Of a DNA stretch of 64,000 bases, positions 29,249 through 38,540 are shown one piece after another. The notes beneath the pieces were generated by a model. That model was not told where the DNA came from and did no database searches. It was given only the letters and a program-made list of their open reading frames with translations. The position numbers and the translations under genes were made by a program. Positions within the stretch are counted from its first letter, which is position 1. The number at the start of each line of letters is the position of its first letter. This stretch comes from a virus (Duplodnaviria > Caudoviricetes), in the IMG/VR virus record IMGVR_UViG_3300034065_000151, positions 1 to 64,000 of that record; one strand, given 5' to 3'.

Positions 29249-30426
29249 TAGTGTGTATCATAAAGAAATACGTATTGGATGCCCATGTCAAGTTTATATT
29301 GTTTAGGATCAGGGAAACCATCTTCAAAATGGTTATTGATACCAAGGTTATCAATCAAGTCTGACCACTGTACTTTAATATTTGTATGTTGTCCAACAAT
29401 CGATACTTGGCTTACCATACTAATGAACTTAGCAATATTCAACATTTCACGTGGGGTCATTGTTTGCTGTTCAACTAATTCAATGCATTGACCATCTTTC
29501 AAAACTACAATATATTGCACATCATCTTTTGGAATTGTATTACCACCAGTGATAGACATAGATGTAAGTTGAACTGTAGTCAAAGCAGGAATTGGATTGG
29601 CATAAGATACACTACCAGATAAAGAACCCACACCACTTGATCCGACAATAGTTTGTCCTAATGGACCTGAACCACCTGTTGGGAATGGCCAACCTAATCC
29701 ACCATTACCTGTGACCTGTGGTTTAGGAGTAATTGGTGATGAATTAACTGGAGCACTACAATCAGTACCTGCATCCATATCAACTTTTGAAATTGAATCT
29801 TCTGTTGGTTTACTAATACCTGTAACAGTATAGATACCATTTTTTGTATCAACTGCTTGGCCTTTAACTAAAACTTTATCTGCTAACATATAAGCGGGAA
29901 TAGTCATAGCTTGATTAGTTTTTTTATTCATGAGTCTGATATCAGATTCAAAAGTTACTTCACCACCATGCCAACGTTCACCACCAGTCCAGCGACCAAG
30001 GTCAGCTGATTCTAATTGAGAGACAACTGGTTTTTTAATATCAACTGCAATAGTTGATGGCTTTGGTAAATTTGCACAATGCCAGTAACTACCAGACTGT
30101 GGACGTTTAGTCATTTCTAAAACGGGATGAACATCTTCAAAATTGCCACGATGAAATCCAGCTTTTTGCATTGGAGTCATGTCTTCATTGAATACCCGAT
30201 TGAATTCCTGTTGGAAGACTATATCTTTATATGGGTTTGGCATTAGAGTAATAGTACCAGGACGAGGTGTTGTATTTCCAACTGGTACCTCAAGTTTTTC
30301 CCATTTGACTGGTTTTGGTAATTTTAAAGTTTTTCCAGGTTTTGTGGTATCTGTATTGACTTCTTCTATGTCAGACATTTTCTTAAAGCCTGTAACACCA
30401 TGAATCATTGTGGGTTGTTTATACAT
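29248..30426 (-). CDS. hypothetical low-complexity protein
   Basis: 392-aa ORF; internal VLVKGQ....NGIY motif. Confidence 0.6.
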   Translation of the reverse strand: MYKQPTMIHGVTGFKKMSDIEEVNTDTTKPGKTLKLPKPVKWEKLEVPVGNTTPRPGTITLMPNPYKDIVFQQEFNRVFNEDMTPMQKAGFHRGNFEDVHPVLEMTKRPQSGSYWHCANLPKPSTIAVDIKKPVVSQLESADLGRWTGGERWHGGEVTFESDIRLMNKKTNQAMTIPAYMLADKVLVKGQAVDTKNGIYTVTGISKPTEDSISKVDMDAGTDCSAPVNSSPITPKPQVTGNGGLGWPFPTGGSGPLGQTIVGSSGVGSLSGSVSYANPIPALTTVQLTSMSITGGNTIPKDDVQYIVVLKDGQCIELVEQQTMTPREMLNIAKFISMVSQVSIVGQHTNIKVQWSDLIDNLGINNHFEDGFPDPKQYKLDMGIQYVFLYDTH

Positions 30427-30437
30427 TTTTATATTCC

Positions 30438-30899
30438 TTATAAAACTGTTTCTTGAAGTTCGGCAACTCTAATTTTTGTAATATGTGAAACCATCCAAGA
30501 CATGCTTTTGAGGGCTTCAACAATAGAATAGAGATTGTTCTTAAGTAGTGAAACTTCAATGATGATCTGATTAAGTTCCACAATATCTTTCTCACCGGCA
30601 ATATACATTTGGATATCTTTAGTGGAAAGTGCACGAGAATAGTTCTCGTTATATTTACGCCAGAGTACACTGACTCTTTTGTCTTTGATATTATTTACCC
30701 ATTCTTCCAGGCCTTTAATTTCATTATAGGTCCGGTCGTAACTGGATTGGTGTTGTGGGAGTGTTTTAGCGATTTCTTCTAAGCGGCGTCCATCGAGATT
30801 AAAAATTGGAGCGGCTGCAGCAATCTTGTCTTCGAATGCAGAAAGCAGAGGGATAATTTTCCCTAGCTCATTTTCGTCTAATGTAAGTATAAAGCTCAA
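30438..30899 (-). CDS. uvsY: UvsY recombination mediator (TTG start)
   Basis: Helical; KDIQMYIAGE.D, W....ITK.R; located between UvsX and UvsW. Confidence 0.75.
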   Translation of the reverse strand: MSFILTLDENELGKIIPLLSAFEDKIAAAAPIFNLDGRRLEEIAKTLPQHQSSYDRTYNEIKGLEEWVNNIKDKRVSVLWRKYNENYSRALSTKDIQMYIAGEKDIVELNQIIIEVSLLKNNLYSIVEALKSMSWMVSHITKIRVAELQETVL

Positions 30900-30932
30900 T
30901 TTAAAACCTCTTATTATTATAACATAATAAAG

Positions 30933-30944
30933 GGGCCGAAGCCC
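30933..30944 (-). terminator. C(UUCG)G hairpin terminator
   Basis: GGGC-TTCG-GCCC followed by CTTT, then TGTTATAAT upstream of uvsY. Confidence 0.6.
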
Positions 30945-30950
30945 GCTTTA

Positions 30951-31139
30951 TTATTCTGATACTAAACTTAGAGTTCCAATTACTTCTTTGAGTCTCTGGT
31001 TTAGTTTACGTTGTGAAGAGAAAACTTCGCGAGTTACACTAAATTTATCTTCTTCTGTTGTAAGTGTTGGGTAAGCTAAAATAAAACCACCTGACACTAC
31101 TTCGATTGTGATTTGATCACCATATGTTGATTGCATCAT
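30951..31139 (-). CDS. hypothetical protein
   Basis: ATGA-coupled to uvsX. Confidence 0.55.
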   Translation of the reverse strand: MMQSTYGDQITIEVVSGGFILAYPTLTTEEDKFSVTREVFSSQRKLNQRLKEVIGTLSLVSE

Positions 31140-32224
31140 TCTTCTCCTTCAGTTTCTTCGATTAAGGATACTTCAAAATCCTCTGGGTCCATATCTGTAT
31201 CTGGAGAAATAACAACTGGTGTAGCCTTAGGATGTTTGAAGATTAGTTGACACATTTCTTCAGTAAGGTCACCATCTTTAAATGCTAATCGTTGTCCATC
31301 AACTTCACAGATATACTTGGTTTTTTCACCTACTTGAGTACCCTTAGCGATAACACCCATATCAACAAGCATATCAACTAATCCACTGAATGGACTCATT
31401 CCAGTATTATATGGAACTTCCAATTCAATTTTTGTACCAAGGCGGGCAAAGCGTGATTTGTATGTTTCAAATCTCATACGTACACCAATAACATCTTTTT
31501 CATCTTTGAGTTTCAACTTGGTAACAAGTCCAATGATTGAGCTGCTATATTTTGTACTATTAGTAATTGCCCATGCACCATCACCTAACATGATATCTTG
31601 TGGATATACATGGTCGGTACAAATACATGCGATTGGCAAACGAGCTATTGAACCAACAATCATACGTAACATGCTTTTACTACGTTTTGCACGAATACCT
31701 TGATCTGATTTGATAGTACCATCTTTTGCATAGTTATCAAATTCAGTTGTTGTACTAAGCATAGCCAGTGAATCAATTACCAATAGAATTTTAGGACCAT
31801 CGGAATTGTTCTTACCATATGCTTTAATATATGCTTGGAAGAATTCGGAACATATTCTATTAACATCTTCGATCGTTGTTACTTGGAAGTATGTCAATCC
31901 GTCTTCACTAATATCAACACCAATTTTTGTTAAGAAATCAATATCAATAGCATTTTCAGAATCAAGAACTAATAAATGGAAACCTTCATCTTGCGCTTCC
32001 TTCATACAGTTACTTGAGATAAAACTTTTACCGGCACCTGGCGGACCAGCAAATAAAGTAATCCTACCTAAAGGAATACCTTTTGTAAAATCACCACTCA
32101 ATGATCTATTCAATGCATAGTTCCCTGTGGAAATCCATGTTTGTGGTTCACCTAACCCACTATTGATAGTGTCGATTTTCGCAATGCTTTTCTTAAAACC
32201 ATCTAGAAATTTTAGACCTGTCAT
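31136..32224 (-). CDS. uvsX: UvsX RecA-like recombinase
   Basis: STGNYALN..LSG..GIP.GRIT.FAGPPGAGKS, DSENA, IDSL, KSRF. Confidence 0.93.
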   Translation of the reverse strand: MTGLKFLDGFKKSIAKIDTINSGLGEPQTWISTGNYALNRSLSGDFTKGIPLGRITLFAGPPGAGKSFISSNCMKEAQDEGFHLLVLDSENAIDIDFLTKIGVDISEDGLTYFQVTTIEDVNRICSEFFQAYIKAYGKNNSDGPKILLVIDSLAMLSTTTEFDNYAKDGTIKSDQGIRAKRSKSMLRMIVGSIARLPIACICTDHVYPQDIMLGDGAWAITNSTKYSSSIIGLVTKLKLKDEKDVIGVRMRFETYKSRFARLGTKIELEVPYNTGMSPFSGLVDMLVDMGVIAKGTQVGEKTKYICEVDGQRLAFKDGDLTEEMCQLIFKHPKATPVVISPDTDMDPEDFEVSLIEETEGEE

Positions 32225-32274
32225 ATACTCCTCCAATTAATATGGGCAGGGAAAATCCCCACCCATTGTTTTAA

Positions 32275-33165
32275 TTACTCTGCATTTTTATCAGCAAGTT
32301 TAGCTGCTGCAGCACGAGCACGGAGTTGTTCAAGAACAGAACCACCTTTTGATGGAGCAGCTTCTTCTTTAGGAGCTGATTCTTTAGCTTCTTCTTTAGG
32401 AGCTGGAGCTGGAGCTTTTTGAGCAGGAGCTTCTGATTTAGCTGGTGCACCACTATCATCAGCTGGCAAGTTAAGAGTAGAACCTGTTTGGTCTGCTACT
32501 AACAATGCTTCGATAGTTGCTACATCCAATTTTGCACCACGATAATCAGCAAGATTGAACAAGGTTAATTGTTCGATAACTTCATCTTCTAAATCTGATT
32601 GTTTAGGTTGGAAATTTGATGTATCATAAGATGCATATTTACCATCTTGTGTTTTCTTGATACGGAAGTTGTAACCACCTTTTAATTCATATGGTGCTTC
32701 TTCAAGATCACCAGACTGGAATGCAGCTTGGATTTGTTTGAAGATTTTTGGACCAAAGTCAATCAACTTAACCAATTGAGTTTGGTCATGTTCGATTGGT
32801 GATTCAATAACAAGAACCTGACCAACATATGATTTCTTACGGTAATATTTCTTACCCATTTCTTCATTCTTGTCATCATAATATTTACGAGACAAATCAC
32901 AGATTGGGCACTGTTCACCATGCATAGAAAGACATGGGACTTTTTTCTTCTGACCATTGACAAATAGTTCATGCTCAAGTTTTTCAACAAGGAAGCCCAA
33001 CTGATTATTTGCGTCTAAATCTGGTAAGAAACGGATGATTGAAGTTGTACCAACTTCAGCTTTCCAGAAACTAAAGAAAAGTTTCCAGGATTGGTCGCCA
33101 TCAGTAGTGGTGGCTTTTTTATTGAATGCTGCTTTGAGCCTATCGAGTTTGTTTTGTGCTGACAT
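32275..33165 (-). CDS. single-stranded DNA-binding protein (gp32-like)
   Basis: IRFLP, H..C....G..CPIC Zn site, FG.KIF, GYNF.IKK....YASYD.S.F, acidic tail. Confidence 0.9.
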   Translation of the reverse strand: MSAQNKLDRLKAAFNKKATTTDGDQSWKLFFSFWKAEVGTTSIIRFLPDLDANNQLGFLVEKLEHELFVNGQKKKVPCLSMHGEQCPICDLSRKYYDDKNEEMGKKYYRKKSYVGQVLVIESPIEHDQTQLVKLIDFGPKIFKQIQAAFQSGDLEEAPYELKGGYNFRIKKTQDGKYASYDTSNFQPKQSDLEDEVIEQLTLFNLADYRGAKLDVATIEALLVADQTGSTLNLPADDSGAPAKSEAPAQKAPAPAPKEEAKESAPKEEAAPSKGGSVLEQLRARAAAAKLADKNAE

Positions 33166-33232
33166 TTGAATCTCCTAAATTTAAAAATTAAAGTGTAAAA
33201 TAATAAAAGTGCACGAAATTAATCGTACATTC

Positions 33233-33240
33233 TATTTATA
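33233..33240 (-). promoter_or_regulatory. T4-type late promoter TATAAATA
   Basis: Exact consensus upstream of gp32. Confidence 0.65.
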
Positions 33241-33321
33241 AAAATTTTTCATCGGGAAGAAATTCGGAAGGCACTTCAGAATTACAGCATCATTAGAAGG
33301 CATTGCACCTCCATTACAAAC

Positions 33322-33350
33322 ATTATAACATGGATTTTATTTAATGTACA
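33322..33350 (-). promoter_or_regulatory. sigma70-type early promoter
   Basis: TGTACA-17-TATAAT. Confidence 0.7.
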
Positions 33351-33353
33351 TCT

Positions 33354-33917
33354 TTATTCAATAAAATCCAAGTTAAATGATGGTTGTTTAGTACCATCAA
33401 CTATTATCAAAAAGTCAACTTCTTCCCCCAAAAGGACTTCAGTTTGACGCATGTACATATCACGGACCACAGATTCTGGTACAGATTTGTCAGTACGAGT
33501 CTTTTGACGATCGATAACAACCTGCAAAGGTGTTTGCATTTGTACAGCACAAACTTTGAAACCTTTAGCACGAGCTTCAGTTGTCCAACGAGCACGAGAC
33601 TTTTTAGACAAGTTAGTATTGTCAATAAACAATACATCATATGCCAAACACTTATTCCATTCCTGGGTAGTGAATTCTTTGAACTCTTTTTCATGTTCAG
33701 TAGCATAAGCAAAAACCATAGCATACTGAGCTTTCATAGAATCATTATCTGACCACCCCTGACCTGCATGTGAATGGTTCATAAATGAGAATCGGCAGTC
33801 ATCCAAAGAGAAGACTGCTTGAGTACAATCTTTCAACAGATCGGATATGGCTTTCTGAGCTGTAGATTTACCAGAGCCAGAAACACCAACCATCAAAAAT
33901 GCTATTTTATTTTTCAT
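33354..33917 (-). CDS. P-loop kinase, polynucleotide kinase-like (AAA_33)
   Basis: GVSGSGKST, SLDD.R, IDNTNL.K.SR, RQ.TR.DK.VP. Confidence 0.85.
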   Translation of the reverse strand: MKNKIAFLMVGVSGSGKSTAQKAISDLLKDCTQAVFSLDDCRFSFMNHSHAGQGWSDNDSMKAQYAMVFAYATEHEKEFKEFTTQEWNKCLAYDVLFIDNTNLSKKSRARWTTEARAKGFKVCAVQMQTPLQVVIDRQKTRTDKSVPESVVRDMYMRQTEVLLGEEVDFLIIVDGTKQPSFNLDFIE

Positions 33918-34153
33918 ACAAATGCTTTCCATGATTCATTAGGATCGTAAATTGGATTACCTTCTGCATCAGTCTCAATACCAGATTGAAACCAAGTAAG
34001 GTCATACAAGCGGGCAAGATCAACTTCACTTACAGGTTTATCAGTTGCCCATACATAAATTTCATCATGATCGGCACCAATATTATAACCATTTGGGTTG
34101 TCTTTATACTTCATCAGGATACTAAGTCCTGTCATAAAATTTAATGTATTCAT
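33914..34153 (-). CDS. hypothetical protein
   Basis: A.HDEIY motif; coupled. Confidence 0.6.
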   Translation of the reverse strand: MNTLNFMTGLSILMKYKDNPNGYNIGADHDEIYVWATDKPVSEVDLARLYDLTWFQSGIETDAEGNPIYDPNESWKAFV

Positions 34154-34389
34154 TCTTTACCATCCTCAATTTGATCTTGGCGAAGTCGTGCTAATAAAGC
34201 TACCACTTGTTCAAGACCAGTTAAGTGTTTATATTTTTCATTCATGAAAAAATCATCACCAAATAATCCCACACATGTATGATGAATAGTTATCCATGGA
34301 CTTGGTTGATCATTTAATGTGCATATCGTATATTCAAGATGAATTTCATCATCACGATATGGTATAACTATAACTTTTTTCTCAGCCAT
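34150..34389 (-). CDS. hypothetical protein
   Basis: Packed ORF. Confidence 0.5.
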   Translation of the reverse strand: MAEKKVIVIPYRDDEIHLEYTICTLNDQPSPWITIHHTCVGLFGDDFFMNEKYKHLTGLEQVVALLARLRQDQIEDGKE

Positions 34390-34391
34390 AG

Positions 34392-35012
34392 TTATACATG
34401 CTCCCATTCTTTTATCCACACATCAACAGCTGCCAACTTCACAGCTTGATCGTCGGAGAAACGGCCATGTTGATCACTCAATAACAAATCCAACCATGCT
34501 CTATGACCAGGTTCACCCATACGAAGCATGAAAGCATCCTTCAAAGCTTTACGCTTTCTTTTATCTTTCAATCCGAATGGTACATGGTGTTCCAACATCA
34601 TAGCCACATTAGCTATATCTTCCAATGAGAAACCCAACAAAGTGGTAACCATATCCAAATTAGACATAGCATAGTCAACCCACATACGAGCAGACAACTG
34701 TTCATGACCATGATAAGCACGATACTCACCACGTTCTTCAGAATGTTTTATGATCTGTGCTGGTGGTTTACCCACATCATGGAAAGTACAAGCGATCAAA
34801 GACAACATCCGCTGCTTTTCATTTCTGTAAGTGTAAAAATTATCCATGTAGTATTCGATAAGCATACGAGTATGCTCCGCCACATTTGGCTCACGATGCC
34901 AAGGAGAATCTTCACGAGTATTTGCCATAGCACGATACAAATCAGTTTTACGGAATTGACCATAAAATTGATTAAATCGTTGTCCAGCTGTTGTTGGTTT
35001 AGGGTCTGCCAT
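34392..35012 (-). CDS. HD-domain phosphohydrolase (CCA/Pnkp-associated type)
   Basis: SPWHRE.NV.EHT, FHDVGKP, YHGHEQLSAR, HH, SD..GR. Confidence 0.85.
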   Translation of the reverse strand: MADPKPTTAGQRFNQFYGQFRKTDLYRAMANTREDSPWHREPNVAEHTRMLIEYYMDNFYTYRNEKQRMLSLIACTFHDVGKPPAQIIKHSEERGEYRAYHGHEQLSARMWVDYAMSNLDMVTTLLGFSLEDIANVAMMLEHHVPFGLKDKRKRKALKDAFMLRMGEPGHRAWLDLLLSDQHGRFSDDQAVKLAAVDVWIKEWEHV

Positions 35013-35610
35013 TTGGTTCCTTAATTGTTCTAATTCTATTTGCTCCGGCCCATTCATCACCGAATTGCTTTGGGTAATTATACCACACTCTGGCCGACCA
35101 TACATCTATTTTATGACAAAATGCAGCTAATTCATTCATTACTCTATGAGTACTTGAGTAATCTGAGATTTCACCTTCTACATATGTCAAACCATTCAAT
35201 TGGTAATCTGTTAAAACAATACCATATTCTTTTAATTTATCTTCACGGAATTGTTTAAATGCTTCTTTGGTATCTAATCCGGGTTTGTTTCTAACTGTAC
35301 CATCCTTAAGAACCTCAATTCTCCATGGCTTTTCTAAGTCATGAAGGAAGAAAATCAGTAAGGCATCCGAAATACTGAATGGTAATGGTCGTCCAAACAT
35401 CTCATCAAAGTGATAAAGGTGACAAGCATAATTCATGCCATCAGTAATGTGATCAATATAACCACCATCCCAAGCTTGATGATTATGAGTGGATCCTCTT
35501 GTTTGTTCAAAGAGTGCTCTGTTATCTTTTAAAATAGCAAGACAGCCCTCACTAAAGGGGCTGTCAATTAAAAACAATAATTGTTCAATTCGATAATATC
35601 GTGGTGTCAT
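34999..35610 (-). CDS. HD-domain protein
   Basis: GSTHNHQAW.GGY.DH, FLHDLEKP. Confidence 0.8.
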   Translation of the reverse strand: MTPRYYRIEQLLFLIDSPFSEGCLAILKDNRALFEQTRGSTHNHQAWDGGYIDHITDGMNYACHLYHFDEMFGRPLPFSISDALLIFFLHDLEKPWRIEVLKDGTVRNKPGLDTKEAFKQFREDKLKEYGIVLTDYQLNGLTYVEGEISDYSSTHRVMNELAAFCHKIDVWSARVWYNYPKQFGDEWAGANRIRTIKEPNGRP

Positions 35611-35913
35611 TTATTTTGGGCGACCTTCTTGTAACCAAGTATGAATAGCTTCTTGGCATTCATTAATATAATCAAGCATACCTTGTGGCATACCTTCGTG
35701 TTCATCACGTCCACCAAAGTTTAAAACTAAGGCATCAAACATAGCATCTTCACAAAAACCACCAAGTTCATTTGCATCGATGTAATCATGCAGGTCACCA
35801 AAAGTTTTAACTGTTTTTGGAATCCGTTTTGTTTTCATCTCATCAAGAACTTCTTGTTTCATTCTTGCGACAGTTTGTTCGATTGTTGGAATTGTTGACA
35901 TTTGAATCTCCAA
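35611..35913 (-). CDS. hypothetical early protein
   Basis: F.DLHDYIDANE.GG; directly downstream of an early promoter. Confidence 0.65.
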   Translation of the reverse strand: MEIQMSTIPTIEQTVARMKQEVLDEMKTKRIPKTVKTFGDLHDYIDANELGGFCEDAMFDALVLNFGGRDEHEGMPQGMLDYINECQEAIHTWLQEGRPK

Positions 35914-35932
35914 GTGGTTAGCGTATGTAAAG

Positions 35933-35983
35933 ATTATAACCAGCTTTCAGATAAAAGTAAACATTTAAATTGTAACGGAATTA
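35933..35983 (-). promoter_or_regulatory. T4-early-like promoter (GTTTAC..TATAAT) with 23-bp upstream element
   Basis: TTTACT-17-TATAAT; 35961-35983 identical to 16547-16569. Confidence 0.78.
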
Positions 35984-36250
35984 GTCCATTTCAAATAATT
36001 CTCTTAATACCTTGTTAAAAAATCGGTTGGTTTCAGCTGTAGCAATACCAAGTCGTTGAAGTTCATCTATCATGATATCCCCTTCAAACTGTATTTGTTT
36101 GATAAAATTACCACAGTTAAAACTAGCTTTAAGGAAATTGTTTAAATCCCTTGTGGCTCTTGTACTAGCAACTGTCAATGGCTTTATCAAGCCCCAATCA
36201 TTTGGTGTAAAGCTTGGATCGATAATAATTTTTTTATTAAGTTGTCCCAT
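35981..36250 (-). CDS. hypothetical protein
   Basis: Packed ORF. Confidence 0.55.
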   Translation of the reverse strand: MGQLNKKIIIDPSFTPNDWGLIKPLTVASTRATRDLNNFLKASFNCGNFIKQIQFEGDIMIDELQRLGIATAETNRFFNKVLRELFEMD

Positions 36251-36251
36251 T

Positions 36252-36455
36252 TTAAATCACTTCTATAGTATGAGGGCATGAATTTTTAAATAGTCGAGTA
36301 TACTGGTGGCCACTATATGTATAGTAACATTCCCACATTACTTCATGTGTAACTGTGGTAACCATCTCTTGACGACCAGTAAAGTATGCAGTTATTGGGA
36401 ACGCATATACAGTCGTAACAAAAGTCAATAATATAATTGATAATAGTTTTTTCAT
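36252..36455 (-). CDS. small secreted protein
   Basis: Signal peptide MKKLLSIILLTFVTTVYA; two Cys. Confidence 0.6.
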   Translation of the reverse strand: MKKLLSIILLTFVTTVYAFPITAYFTGRQEMVTTVTHEVMWECYYTYSGHQYTRLFKNSCPHTIEVI

Positions 36456-36673
36456 TATCGAGCCTTTTCAAATTGCATACAAAGGGATTCTGGAAGGGCA
36501 CTAAACATATAACAATGTTGAATATCATCACCATCAAATTTTGTATTGTTGGGATTGTGTTTACATTGAAGGCATGCTTCTGAATCAGGTGGTAAATCAG
36601 CTAATAGTGAACTAGACATACAGTCTAAGTCCATAATTGCAAACATAATATTCATTGCCTGAGCTTGATTCAT
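36455..36673 (-). CDS. Cys-rich hypothetical protein
   Basis: CLQC..HCYMF..C. Confidence 0.5.
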   Translation of the reverse strand: MNQAQAMNIMFAIMDLDCMSSSLLADLPPDSEACLQCKHNPNNTKFDGDDIQHCYMFSALPESLCMQFEKAR

Positions 36674-36674
36674 A

Positions 36675-37001
36675 TTAGTCCTCAAACAGAAAAGCCAATT
36701 CTGTATTAATATCAATATATGTGGTTGCATCATCGGTCATATTGATTAGAATTATCAAACGTTGAAGTTCACCAACATAAAAACTTCCATGTAAACTAAT
36801 CATATACCATTCATTCCAAATATCTGCTGTCAAACGGTCAATAGCAATTTCACGGGTTTTAGCAGGAAAAAACCATTTTGACATTTGGTGTTTAATTAAT
36901 TCTTCACGTTCTTCAGAAATACGTAGATTATGATTTTCTAAATACTTTGTTGCTACGTCATGAACCATATGTTTATTTAATGGCACTTTATTGTTCATCA
37001 T
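36675..37001 (-). CDS. hypothetical protein
   Basis: Packed ORF. Confidence 0.55.
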   Translation of the reverse strand: MMNNKVPLNKHMVHDVATKYLENHNLRISEEREELIKHQMSKWFFPAKTREIAIDRLTADIWNEWYMISLHGSFYVGELQRLIILINMTDDATTYIDINTELAFLFED

Positions 37002-37194
37002 TGACTCCAGGTCTAATTATTGCATCGGGAAAGAATTCAGCCACTAATTCTTCAGGTGTTCGTATTGTACCATCTAAATTGTATTCTGGGTATAATTCTT
37101 TTAACCGGATACACTGTTTACAAGTGGCTGGTGGACCAGAAAAGAAATTACAGAAAATATGATGCCGATCTAACTCGACTTTAATCTTTTTCAT
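36988..37194 (-). CDS. hypothetical protein
   Basis: HH.FC...CKQC. Confidence 0.55.
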   Translation of the reverse strand: MKKIKVELDRHHIFCNFFSGPPATCKQCIRLKELYPEYNLDGTIRTPEELVAEFFPDAIIRPGVNDEQ

Positions 37195-37616
37195 AGATCG
37201 AATTGTTTAGCAATATGGTGGAAGATTGCTTCTTCTTTAGCATGAGCTTCAATTTCCCATGGACGTTTTGCATATGGTGTTTTCATTGAAATCTTTTTAC
37301 CCATCCAGATCATATCAAAATTGGAACCATGTGGAACCATTTTAAGTTGACCTTTAGCAATTTGTTTTACGTGGATCATTTCATGACCGAAGGTTCTAAC
37401 CAAATCCATAGGAGAAAGCCTACAGCTAAACTGTACATGGATATTTTTACCTTCATGAATACATGCACCTAATTTTTCTTTACTTGGTGCTGTCACAAAT
37501 GAAATTTGCAATGAATATTTGCTGTTCTGTAAAGCCAGAGACTTAATATAATATTCACATAAAACGGTCGCTAATTGTTTTTTTATTTCTGATCGAGTTG
37601 AAATACTATAAATCAT
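37191..37616 (-). CDS. zincin-type metallopeptidase
   Basis: HEMIHVKQ (HExxH) and Y..RPWEIEA. Confidence 0.8.
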   Translation of the reverse strand: MIYSISTRSEIKKQLATVLCEYYIKSLALQNSKYSLQISFVTAPSKEKLGACIHEGKNIHVQFSCRLSPMDLVRTFGHEMIHVKQIAKGQLKMVPHGSNFDMIWMGKKISMKTPYAKRPWEIEAHAKEEAIFHHIAKQFDL

Positions 37617-37619
37617 TTA

Positions 37620-37934
37620 TTAGAAGTCCTTGGTTATAACAACAGTGATATCTTTCAATCGTGGTTGTAATGCTAATGTCCATTCAGTTGGTACAAATAC
37701 CCAAGTAGTAATAACATCATCAGCATCTCTTATACAATCTTTCAATGTAAAGTATGCAACATTACCAGTTTTCTCAGAAAAGATACCGAAGCCAAGTTCC
37801 ATTTCATCGGCCGATAGTTGACGGAGAACTGCAGGACACCGAGAGATTGGGGCTGTAAAATACTTAAATGATTTGTTATAAGTAAAGCAGTTTGATAAAT
37901 AAGTTACACCAATTATATTTTCCATTAGAAGCAT
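37620..37934 (-). CDS. hypothetical protein
   Basis: Packed ORF. Confidence 0.55.
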   Translation of the reverse strand: MLLMENIIGVTYLSNCFTYNKSFKYFTAPISRCPAVLRQLSADEMELGFGIFSEKTGNVAYFTLKDCIRDADDVITTWVFVPTEWTLALQPRLKDITVVITKDF

Positions 37935-38140
37935 CCTATAAGTATAGTTTCACAATGATCAACACAACACTCATAGGTATTGTTTTCTATATGTTTAATT
38001 GGTATAATCCCATAATTGCAAATCTTTTCAAAAATACAATGCTGGCCCATAAATGGATGAGCTGCCCCATCACATTTAATACTTCCAGATTCAGGAAGGG
38101 AAACACTATCACCCGGTTTTAAATCTTTGATGTCATTCAT
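37925..38140 (-). CDS. hypothetical protein
   Basis: Packed ORF, start MNDIKD. Confidence 0.45.
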   Translation of the reverse strand: MNDIKDLKPGDSVSLPESGSIKCDGAAHPFMGQHCIFEKICNYGIIPIKHIENNTYECCVDHCETILIGCF

Positions 38141-38525
38141 TAGGTTTATCTGTAAATTGACACCAGCAGGTTTCCCATGTTGCTGATCCACCATAGGTAT
38201 CAAGACCTTCCATTAAACCTGTGCCATTACAATGATGGCATACCTTTGGGGCTTCAGGTTCTTTTGGACGTTCATTATGGCGACGTTTGGTCCAACTGTA
38301 ATTAGAACCATCTGGAAGTTTGCCATCTTCAACAGCAGTACAACCATTACCACCGACTTGGCTACCAAGTTCAGAAGAGATAACAACATGTCGACATTTT
38401 GCTTTACGCAATTCTTCAGTAAATGATAAAGCTTTTCCGAGCTCATCATCATTAAATTCTTGGCATGATGAACCATCACCATACTCTATTTTATTTGGAT
38501 CTATCCAAAATACAACTATACTCAT
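38133..38525 (-). CDS. hypothetical protein with DnaJ-like Zn finger
   Basis: CHHCNGTG..TCWC. Confidence 0.6.
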   Translation of the reverse strand: MSIVVFWIDPNKIEYGDGSSCQEFNDDELGKALSFTEELRKAKCRHVVISSELGSQVGGNGCTAVEDGKLPDGSNYSWTKRRHNERPKEPEAPKVCHHCNGTGLMEGLDTYGGSATWETCWCQFTDKPNE

Positions 38526-38540
38526 ATCATCCTTTATAAA

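Noticed and set aside
35541-35565. GACAGCCC/GGGCTGTC inverted repeat
   Set aside because: It lies inside the HD gene coding sequence with only a short interrupted T run after it; no function can be supported.
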